The translations under genes were made by a program, and so were the position numbers. The notes below the pieces were generated by a model. That model did not search any database. It was not told where the DNA came from and saw nothing but the letters and a program-made list of their open reading frames with translations. Source: Nitrososphaeraceae archaeon (GTDB taxonomy: Archaea > Thermoproteota > Nitrososphaeria > Nitrososphaerales > Nitrososphaeraceae). Taken from it: 32,774 bases of DNA. Location: assembly GCA_025936955.1 (NCBI GenBank), contig JAICSL010000001.1:1-32774 (forward strand), written 5' to 3'. Positions within the stretch are counted from its first letter, which is position 1, and each line of letters begins with the position of its first letter. Below are positions 10,304-17,952 of the stretch, piece by piece.

Positions 10304-10663
10304 AGTTAAATAGACTAAGTTTAAAACAGAAAGTACCTCGGTTTAGACGTTTTTCGGTTTATAAAGGATTGCTGCCAATATTCTTAATTTAACGCTAAAT
10401 TAATGCCTTGTTGATATTATCTTAATATTTGTTGTATACTATGTAAGGTTCTTGAGTAAATATTAATAAATATTAAAATAATTTATAGGTGAGAAGGGCT
10501 ATTTTAATTACTGGGACATAATGATGAGAAGAACTATATTATATTCCCTTTAACTCGTATTCATCATCGGATTGATTGTTTGAAGCCTGGACATATCTCT
10601 TGATGGCGATCCTATTAGATTTTGACTCCTTACCACCTGGTAGACTGTGCCACTATTTAACAT

Positions 10664-12484
10664 TCACAAATTCTGGTTTTCATCGAGATAAAAGATCGAC
10701 TCATTTCTTTCCATGTTCGAACCAGATAAAAGTTGCAATATCGAGTTAGATAGGTGTTCCGGTTTAGGCTTATGACCGTCAATATTACCAGGAAGAAGTA
10801 GGTAGAGTCTGATCTTGGAACCCAAGACGTCACGGAGTTCTTGGTTTACTGTTGCAGTGTATGGTCGCAAAGCTCCTCTAAAGATCTCAGATCGTGCTCT
10901 AATTAGACCAGAGATTTTTTTGCCGGTCGGGGCCTCAGGACCGATAATCATTACTATTCCCTCAGAGCCTTTAAACTTTGAAGGCTCTTCGATCGAACCA
11001 GCTGGAGCCATTGCATTTACAGATTCCTTAGTTATCAGTGAGGGAATATTCACGAAATTATCCACTAGATCATCCCACGCATTTCTGGAAAGAGATTGTA
11101 AGGAAATATTATAATCGTAATCTCCTGTGAGATAAATTACCGCGTCTAACCTTCCCAAGTCTCCTTTTATTTTTCTCAATATTTCTCTCACATTACTTTC
11201 ATCAGCAAGATTAACAAACTGAATTTTTTGATCCTCTAATTTAGTTACGTTTGCTTGTTTGCTCGTTAGTACTACGACCTGCTTTCCATTCAAAGTATTA
11301 ATTGCTTTTGAAATCTCATTTATTTTATCCCGATCTCTTTCCGATGATGTATTGAGTACTATCACTACAACTTTTCCTTTTATGTTATTAGAGGGAACAT
11401 ACTTCTCGAAAGGAGACGTGGCTACAAAAGGCTTAACTGGATAAAATAGCCTATCGTTAGGAATGATCCTCCCATTGATCAATCTACTGATTTTGTCATC
11501 ACATATGTTTGCAACCATAGTCGCTACCTCTTCTTGAGTTAGGAATTCTCCATCAACTATCATCTTACTTGTATTATTTTGGATCTTCTCTGCTATTTCT
11601 TGTATAGTTAACAGCATATCGGAAGTAATTTTCCTGTAATTTTCATCTTCAGAGATAGTTGTAGAATTATCAAACCCTGCAATTTCCCTTGCAATCTCAT
11701 TTATAGCAATAGTTATTAATTGTTGATCTTCACCTAAAAGCGGTAATAACTTAGCGGCTGCTATCTCAATTTGTTTGGAAGTAAGACCCTGATAGCCTCC
11801 AATTCTTAAGAATTCTGCTGCTGCCTTAGGATATACAGTTTTGTAGATTCTGTCCGAGTGGACTGGACCGGGATTGATGCATATGGATCGGATTCCTTTA
11901 GATGTCAACTCCCATGCTAATGCTTCTGAAAGTCTGTTCTTTGCTCCTTGCGCGGCAGTATACGGTGTTCTAAATCTGTATGGTCTCTGTTCAAAACGAT
12001 TTTCCTCTGTAAAAAAAGTAGAAATTGTAACAATTTTTCCACCTGACTTCAAAATCTCTAAACTGCGAATAGAGGTCCAAAAAGCACCTGTAAGATGAAT
12101 TGCTACACAATCTTTGAATTCTTCGAAGTTAGCATTCGTAAACGATTTTACCGGTCCTGAAATACCAGCATTATTGATAACGATATCGATTTTGCCAAAC
12201 TCCTCCTTGATAAGTTTAAACATTTCGTTTACGCCTTTTTCATCTGCTACATCGACTCCTGGGAACTCTCTCACTTTCGATGACATCCCTCTTTCATCAA
12301 TTATCTCGTTCAGTATCTTTGAGGTTTGTTCTAAAGGCTCCTTTCTCCTCCCCATTATAATAATCGTCGCTCCTTTTTCTACAAATAGTTTAGCAATTGC
12401 CTGGCCAATACCAGGTCCACTGCCTGTAATAACCACAATCTTGTTATCGAAATTGAGAGAATCGCGGAATGTTCCTGGTTCCAT
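10664..12484 (-). CDS. Tandem short-chain dehydrogenase/reductase protein (catalytic SDR + helical insert + pseudo-SDR); malonyl-CoA-reductase-like architecture
   Basis: 606 aa with an ATG start. The N-terminal Rossmann region has VITGSGPGIGQAIAKLF, GRR after beta2 (NADP(H)-type), NNAG, and ISTFF...PYTAAQGAK...INPGPVHSDRI. The C-terminal half has Rossmann-like strands (KGKVVVIVLNTSS, DAVIYLTGDYDY, IVMIIGP) but no TGxxxGxG. See the finding. Confidence 0.85.
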   Translation of the reverse strand: MEPGTFRDSLNFDNKIVVITGSGPGIGQAIAKLFVEKGATIIIMGRRKEPLEQTSKILNEIIDERGMSSKVREFPGVDVADEKGVNEMFKLIKEEFGKIDIVINNAGISGPVKSFTNANFEEFKDCVAIHLTGAFWTSIRSLEILKSGGKIVTISTFFTEENRFEQRPYRFRTPYTAAQGAKNRLSEALAWELTSKGIRSICINPGPVHSDRIYKTVYPKAAAEFLRIGGYQGLTSKQIEIAAAKLLPLLGEDQQLITIAINEIAREIAGFDNSTTISEDENYRKITSDMLLTIQEIAEKIQNNTSKMIVDGEFLTQEEVATMVANICDDKISRLINGRIIPNDRLFYPVKPFVATSPFEKYVPSNNIKGKVVVIVLNTSSERDRDKINEISKAINTLNGKQVVVLTSKQANVTKLEDQKIQFVNLADESNVREILRKIKGDLGRLDAVIYLTGDYDYNISLQSLSRNAWDDLVDNFVNIPSLITKESVNAMAPAGSIEEPSKFKGSEGIVMIIGPEAPTGKKISGLIRARSEIFRGALRPYTATVNQELRDVLGSKIRLYLLLPGNIDGHKPKPEHLSNSILQLLSGSNMERNESIFYLDENQNL

Positions 12485-12699
12485 GGACTTGGCACCATAT
12501 TATGATTATTAAAGATACCCAAAGTGTATGCTGTGGCCAGCAATATTTATTTGTGCCATGTTTCGTACGGTGATACATTCGAGTTCAGCGACGTCAATTG
12601 ATTATTCATTCATCTTGTATTGGCGATACCTGAAATTTATCTGCTTCATTACCGTATTGTACCAACAACTTAATTAGAAGCTAATCTCGAATATCATCG

Positions 12700-13389
12700 T
12701 TGAACAATTTGCCTGCAAAGTTTAAAATTAATGTCAGAGAAGGTGTATTGGAGCTTGAGGGAGAAGAGAATTTTGTAAACAAACATTTGGAAAAATTTGA
12801 AGATATATTTAAATATGCAATAAAAGAGGTCATGAAAAAAGAATTTGAAAACAGTTTCCCCTCGAATAAATCTTCTGCAATTGTGACGTCTTCGGATATA
12901 GAAAAAAGGTTCTATCAAAAAGACTCGCCTCCCATGGTGAGTAAGAGCCGCAGTAATTCTAAACAAGCTAAAACATCTGTAACACTTCCTCCAATACCTG
13001 TTGATCTAAAATCAAATGTTAACAAAATAGGTCTACGAGAGTTCTTTGCAACCAAAAAGCCATCTAATCATTATGAAAAAGCTACCTTGTTCGTATATTA
13101 TTTAACGAAGTTCAACAAAGAAGTTGAAGTGAAATTCGGCGAGATTCTTTCTTGTTACGAAGAAGTTGAGGAGAAAAAACCGAGTATAATTGATATAATC
13201 AAGAACTCCATCAGATATAAAGGCTGGTTAGAGCAAGGCACTGATAAATTCACCACTAGGTTGACAATTTCCGGAGAGAACTTTGTAAAATTTGATTTGC
13301 CTCAAATTAAAAATATGGCCGGACATCAGTTAACTATACCATCGTCGACTACGTCAGACACCACAACATCCATCATAGGCACAGTCTAG
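12700..13389 (+). CDS. Hypothetical protein (N-terminal small domain, Ser/Lys-rich linker, C-terminal wHTH-like domain)
   Basis: 229 aa, and the only available start is TTG 12700. The composition is coding-like and the C-terminus is plausible (LREFFATKKPSNHYEKATLFVYYLTKF...ILSCYEEV...IRYKGWLEQGTDKFTTRLTISGENFV). No family is recognised. The antisense ORF 12694..12966 is judged a shadow. Confidence 0.5.
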   Translation: MNNLPAKFKINVREGVLELEGEENFVNKHLEKFEDIFKYAIKEVMKKEFENSFPSNKSSAIVTSSDIEKRFYQKDSPPMVSKSRSNSKQAKTSVTLPPIPVDLKSNVNKIGLREFFATKKPSNHYEKATLFVYYLTKFNKEVEVKFGEILSCYEEVEEKKPSIIDIIKNSIRYKGWLEQGTDKFTTRLTISGENFVKFDLPQIKNMAGHQLTIPSSTTSDTTTSIIGTV

Positions 13390-13402
13390 ATATGATTTAT
13401 AG

Positions 13403-13954
13403 TTATGCTCGCCACCAATCAAACCCTATAAATTCAACCTTCTTTTGTTTAATCTTCGGTACTGCTATTATGAATTGTTTTTTTACAGTTGTTGCTAATC
13501 GTCCGGCCAGCACGATCCCTGTCGCTGTTAGCAAACTAGATGGTCTGTATACCTGGACTAAGAAAGGTGCATGATCTATTCCTGGGCCATGCTCATAAAC
13601 AGCAAAATCGCATCCGAACTTAATTCCGGGTGTCACTACATATCCCTTTTCTCTCAGAGAACAAAAGACTAGATACTTTGAATCAAAATCAGCGAATTCT
13701 TTTCTACAAATGACTTTGATATCTCTCAATGATAAAATAGTGCCGTCGTTACGACAAACTTTTAATTTACCGATCTGGATAAGATAGCAGCCTTCGATAA
13801 GGTCTAATATTAGCGGAGAATCGAAAAGGTTTGTCTTGGGCTTATGAATACCAAGAGGTTTTCCATAATACCCTGTTCCAAAAAGGGTCCTAGACTGCTC
13901 TATATCTGGGATGACTATTCGATTATCTACTAGCTCTCCATTAAATTGCGTCAT
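13403..13954 (-). CDS. endA: tRNA-splicing (intron) endonuclease, catalytic subunit
   Basis: GYYGKPLG...LILDLIEGCYL...LREKGYVVTPGIKFGCDFAVYEHGPGIDHAPFLVQV...KKQFIIAV carries EndA family hallmarks, including the Tyr/His/Lys catalytic positions. I prefer ATG 13954..13952 (MTQFNGEL), which overlaps the upstream stop as TGATG. The track ORF extends to 14002. Confidence 0.85.
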   Translation of the reverse strand: MTQFNGELVDNRIVIPDIEQSRTLFGTGYYGKPLGIHKPKTNLFDSPLILDLIEGCYLIQIGKLKVCRNDGTILSLRDIKVICRKEFADFDSKYLVFCSLREKGYVVTPGIKFGCDFAVYEHGPGIDHAPFLVQVYRPSSLLTATGIVLAGRLATTVKKQFIIAVPKIKQKKVEFIGFDWWRA

Positions 13955-14607
13955 CACATACTCAATGCTAGAATGGTGAAGGAATCTGATGCTTCTTGGC
14001 ATTTGTCTGCCATACCTTCAATACCTTCTACAGCATCTTTTAAAAGCAATACGTCTTTAATTGCTGACACCTCATTCAGAGCTTTAACAATGACCGATCT
14101 GTATTTCTTATCTATCTCTCTTTCTAACCGTTGAACTTCTTGCGCAAGTTCGATAGTACTTGCTGGATTAATGCTTAATGCTCGCGCCATTTCATTTAAT
14201 TTAAAGATAGAGTCTACGACCATTCCTATTAGTTGTTCTAGTTCATCATCAAAACCTGCTTTTTTTAAGGAAGATATTTTTATGTTTGCAAGTCTAAATG
14301 CGATGCCACTAATATATCCCGCGATGTCATCCATTATGTAAGCGGTCCTCAAAATGTCTTCCCTGTAAATCATCAAGCTTCCTATTTCCGCTACCTCCCG
14401 CGTAATTTTTCTCCTAAGATTTTCAACCTCCTCCTCCGCATTTCTCATGCGTTCTAAACATGCCTGAGCCTCTTTGTCATCTCCTTTGATAAGTGATACG
14501 GTTAATATTGATAAATCCCTAGCAGAATTAAGGATCCTATTAATTTCATCATGTAAAACCGCCAAAGCTTTACGCTTAGCCTGAACTTCTAACTCTCCGC
14601 TATACAC
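13954..14607 (-). CDS. DUF47 / PhoU-like (TIGR00153-type) protein
   Basis: 217 aa with a GTG start. It is an all-helical repeat protein. The two halves resemble the DUF47 putative phosphate-transport-regulator family (ARDLSILT...EEEVENLRRKITREV...; ...EREIDKKYRSVIVKAL...LLLKDAVEGIEGMADKCQEASDSF). Confidence 0.75.
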   Translation of the reverse strand: MYSGELEVQAKRKALAVLHDEINRILNSARDLSILTVSLIKGDDKEAQACLERMRNAEEEVENLRRKITREVAEIGSLMIYREDILRTAYIMDDIAGYISGIAFRLANIKISSLKKAGFDDELEQLIGMVVDSIFKLNEMARALSINPASTIELAQEVQRLEREIDKKYRSVIVKALNEVSAIKDVLLLKDAVEGIEGMADKCQEASDSFTILALSM

Positions 14608-14734
14608 TTTTCATAAAATAACCCGACAGGGTAATAATTCTTTTGATATATATTATTTTATTGCTATGCTCATAAATTGACGCGTTACCGATACCCTCTA
14701 AAGTAGACGATTACAATTATTTGTTCTCGATTAA

Positions 14735-15772
14735 CTAGAAAATTAAACTTCTAATAGTCTGTTTTTCAGTAAGTGTATCTTTTATTTCTATCAAGTCTCT
14801 TAGGATTGCACTGGCTGTTTCAATTCCGCCTGCGCCTCGTCCAATTATTGTTTGTTGACCAGAATGCTCCGATGTAAAGGTTACCGCATTTAAGGTACCG
14901 TTAACACATATCGGATCTATTTTTGATACATACGTGGGTTTGACGTCCAAGGAATTTTTATTACATTTAGCAATTAGCTTTATAGCCTTTCCCTCTTTTT
15001 GTGCTAGTTGCATATCTGAAAGCTTGACTTTACTAATCCCAGACCTATTAACATCTTTGATTGTAACTTTCATGCCCATGATCCAGTTGGCCATAATAGC
15101 AAGTTTCGCCGCCGCATCAAATCCATCAACATCAAGTGAAGGAGACTTTTCGGCATAGCCTTTATTTTTTGCGTCAATTAAAGCATCTTGAAAGTTGAGT
15201 CCATCCTCCATTTTAGTCAAAATATAATTAGTTGTTCCATTCAAAATCCCTCTAAATGAAACAATTCTATCTCCTCTCAAACACCGCTTAGCAAATTCTA
15301 AGATCGATGTTCCTCCGCCAACTGTTCCGCTAAATCGAAGGTTCACATTGTTGAATCTTGCCAGTTCTATCAAGGAAGGAAAAGCCAGTGCAAGAGGACC
15401 TTTGTTTACCGTAATAACATTCTTCCCACATTTCATTGCGGTAGTTATATGCAAAATTCCTGGCTCTCCGTCCTTCAAATTGGTGGGTGTTAGTTCAATC
15501 AATACTTCTGCACCAACATTCTCAATTATGTGGATTGAATCAAACTTATCCTTCCTTGCTTGATAAGATGCAACGGTTCCCTTGGTTCGTTTTACGTCGA
15601 GCAATCTATTAAGATCAAGCCCTTGAGGAGAAAGAGCACTTCCTCCGTTATCAATACAAGCAACCACCCTCGGCTTTATTCCATATAAATTGTACAAATC
15701 TGCAGTACGAGATAATAAAAGTTTAGCAAAGCTCTGCCCAACAACTCCAAAGCCAATTAGAATCAGTCGCAA
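14735..15772 (-). CDS. hom: Homoserine dehydrogenase
   Basis: 345 aa. It has an N-terminal GxGxxG (LILIGFGVVGQ), VNKGPLA, FSGTVGGGTSILEF, and GILNGTTNYILTKM...GYAEKSPSLDVDGFDAAAKLAIMAN. The TTG start is forced: a stop lies 3 codons upstream and there is no ATG before the Rossmann motif. Confidence 0.85.
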   Translation of the reverse strand: MRLILIGFGVVGQSFAKLLLSRTADLYNLYGIKPRVVACIDNGGSALSPQGLDLNRLLDVKRTKGTVASYQARKDKFDSIHIIENVGAEVLIELTPTNLKDGEPGILHITTAMKCGKNVITVNKGPLALAFPSLIELARFNNVNLRFSGTVGGGTSILEFAKRCLRGDRIVSFRGILNGTTNYILTKMEDGLNFQDALIDAKNKGYAEKSPSLDVDGFDAAAKLAIMANWIMGMKVTIKDVNRSGISKVKLSDMQLAQKEGKAIKLIAKCNKNSLDVKPTYVSKIDPICVNGTLNAVTFTSEHSGQQTIIGRGAGGIETASAILRDLIEIKDTLTEKQTIRSLIF

Positions 15773-15908
15773 GTGAATCTAACGTGTCTAAAGGGTTTAA
15801 TATACCTAAATCATATTTAATACACTTTGCATACCAACGAATGAATAATTGGGAATAGTATAATACCAAAGATTTATCGTATCGAAATAAACATCATTAA
15901 AATGGAAA

Positions 15909-16688
15909 ATGTTTGCCTTTGAAGCCACCGTCATAATATTATTGATAGGAATGGCAGCTGGTACCATCGGTTCCATTATAGGAATAGGGGGCGGGATAGT
16001 CATTGCTCCTGTTCTAACATTAGTAGGTTTGACTCCATCCCAGATTGCTAGCACAAGTTTAATTGCAGTCACTTCTACCAGCATTTCATCCGTAATTGAA
16101 TATACGAGGCAGAAGAGAATCAAATATACAATAGGCTTAAAAATGGCATGTTTTTCAGTACCGGGTGCTGTTATCGGAGCTTTTATATCGAGTGAAATTT
16201 CACCATCAGTTTTCAGGGCATACTTTGCTTTGCTATTAGCTATAGCAAGTATTTATATCTATTATAAAAATTCGATAGTCAGCAAGAAAAAAAACAAAAA
16301 AACTAAACCGATAATTCTCTATTTGTTATTTTACTTAGGCGCCGCTTCAGCAGGAATTGTATCTAGTTTGTTTGGTATTGGAGGAGGAATTGTGTTTGTT
16401 CCTATGTTAGTGATACTATTTGAAATGGGAATGGCATACGCTGCTCCAACTTCTCAATTAACACTATTAATAACTTCTATAAGTGGGGTCATTAGTCATC
16501 TAATTATCTCCCAACCAGATTACAACTTTGCAGTGGTATTGGCTATCGGTAGTTTTGTAGGAGGCCAAATTGGTGCTAGGTTCTCAAGTCGCCTACAGGA
16601 AAATGTGCTTAATAAATTACTTTCCCTTTCCCTAATAATTGTAGCCATAAAATTCGTTTTCGATTATTTATATCATGAGTTTCCTTAA
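15909..16688 (+). CDS. TauE/SafE family (DUF81) anion/sulfite exporter-like permease
   Basis: 259 aa with an ATG start. It has 7-8 TM helices and the duplicated GxGGGxxxxP motif (GIGGGIVIAPVL and GIGGGIVFVPML) diagnostic of the family. The antisense ORF 15806..16123 is a shadow. Confidence 0.85.
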   Translation: MFAFEATVIILLIGMAAGTIGSIIGIGGGIVIAPVLTLVGLTPSQIASTSLIAVTSTSISSVIEYTRQKRIKYTIGLKMACFSVPGAVIGAFISSEISPSVFRAYFALLLAIASIYIYYKNSIVSKKKNKKTKPIILYLLFYLGAASAGIVSSLFGIGGGIVFVPMLVILFEMGMAYAAPTSQLTLLITSISGVISHLIISQPDYNFAVVLAIGSFVGGQIGARFSSRLQENVLNKLLSLSLIIVAIKFVFDYLYHEFP

Positions 16689-17025
16689 AATTCCAAATTT
16701 GGTATTTGTCAGACAATCAGTACACCAAACGGTGAATTATGCATGATACTTTGCTTATTCTTAGTCGTCTAATCAATAGTTCGAGTCTTGGAACCCCAAC
16801 AATTTACCGTAGCCTAGTGGAATAGGTCCTAATTCTACAATTGTCACTTGATGTTCTTCCATGTCGACTATCCATTAAAATGAGATGACACATATATATT
16901 GTCAAATTAACTTTATAGCAGATAAATGTACAATTTTATTTGTTTAAAAGAATGTGATGTTTCTTTATATTTCGAATGCATTCTAAAGAAAACAGTTAAA
17001 ATATGAAATACTATCCAATGATATA

Positions 17026-17361
17026 GTGTTAAGGGAAATAGCATCTCACATTATACTGACCCACTTAATGAACAACCAACCTTCTGAGAAAAATACTAAT
17101 GAAGAGAAGTCGTACGTAAACATTAATCAGATAAAGATGTGGATTATACCACAAAAGACTGAGTACGACGATAAATTCGATATTAACGTAAGCTATTTTG
17201 AAACTCTGATACAACGAGCACTCGACGAGATGTTAATTAACGGCTATATACAGTTTTCATTGAATGATTCGACAGAAGAAGGAGATGGACGAGTTTTTTC
17301 ACTTACGGAGAAAGGAATAATGTACGTACAAGAGAACATATTGAACACTTCCAACGAATGA
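17026..17361 (+). CDS. Hypothetical small protein, possibly winged-helix
   Basis: 111 aa with a GTG start (alternative ATG 17068). The C-terminus ETLIQRALDEMLINGYIQFS...GRVFSLTEKGIMYV looks like a wHTH recognition helix plus wing. It sits in a low-coding-density stretch and no family is recognised. Confidence 0.4.
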   Translation: MLREIASHIILTHLMNNQPSEKNTNEEKSYVNINQIKMWIIPQKTEYDDKFDINVSYFETLIQRALDEMLINGYIQFSLNDSTEEGDGRVFSLTEKGIMYVQENILNTSNE

Positions 17362-17751
17362 TGGCAAATACATAAAACATCATGGCGACAAAAACATTGA
17401 AAAAGATCTACTCGTTATGTATTCGTTAATTACATAGGTGGCTTTACCTGTTATGGTGTCGATCAAAAAGGAATCAAAACAAATGCAAGATATTGATCGG
17501 TTTTCAAGATCTATATCTGCGTTAGAAGGCCTATCAATGAATAATGATATTCAAAGAAACATCAAAAAGAGTGTAAAAGATGTTCTCATTACACTCAAGA
17601 TAAAATAGGAGATAGTATTTCCTTCAAGACAGCAAATGCTATAAGAATGTTATATCCACTTACGCAAAATCCCCACATGCAATCGCATATTAGGGCTAAT
17701 ATTTGGGAGGAATTATAGATAGTAGAGAATACAAGAGAATAAATTCCAATA

Positions 17752-17892
17752 TTATCCAACTCCGTTATTTTTGACAGGTTTTAATGGAGGAAGTTTTTCA
17801 AGTTTGTGAGTAGGATTAGCAAGATAATGTCTCGATGCTCCTTCTCCACTTAGCACAATATTACAATTAATACATCTGTATCTTATAGCCAA
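17752..17892 (-). CDS. Candidate 46-aa C2H2-like zinc-finger protein (below the ORF-track size cutoff)
   Basis: My reverse-strand translation is (TTG)AIRYRCINCNIVLSGEGASRHYLANPTHKLEKLPPLKPVKNNGVG, then TAA at 17754..17752. The pattern is CxxC-x11-H-x6-H. The only start is TTG, directly after an in-frame stop. This is weak evidence. Confidence 0.3.
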   Translation of the reverse strand: MAIRYRCINCNIVLSGEGASRHYLANPTHKLEKLPPLKPVKNNGVG

Positions 17893-17952
17893 TTCTTAAC
17901 CACAAAATTATAATCTATACATGGCTAAAAAGGATATGGAAACAATTTGGGG

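Noticed and set aside
10521-10527. C-box-like ATGATGA (also at 21850..21856), suggesting C/D-box sRNAs
   Set aside because: There is no CTGA D box within the expected ~45-70 nt downstream and no terminal stem, so it does not meet the C/D-box architecture.
10550-10663. 37-codon ORF (MLNSGTVYQVVRSQNLIGSPSRDMSRLQTINPMMNTS) starting immediately after, and in frame with, the TGA stop of the tandem-SDR gene, a possible readthrough extension
   Set aside because: The peptide has no domain-like features. There is no evidence for stop-codon readthrough or Sec/Pyl machinery here. It is most simply coincidental.
16806-16840. tRNA-like string accgtagcctagtggaataggtcctaattc, reminiscent of a tRNA 5' acceptor/D-arm (..CCGTAGC.TAGTGG.A.AGG..)
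   Set aside because: There is no complementary acceptor 3' strand (cggtaaa) downstream. The presumptive anticodon stem (ctaat/ttgtc) does not pair. Position 21 is not A. The AT-rich acceptor is unlike archaeal tRNAs. At most it is a decayed fragment, and it needs tRNAscan-SE to settle.
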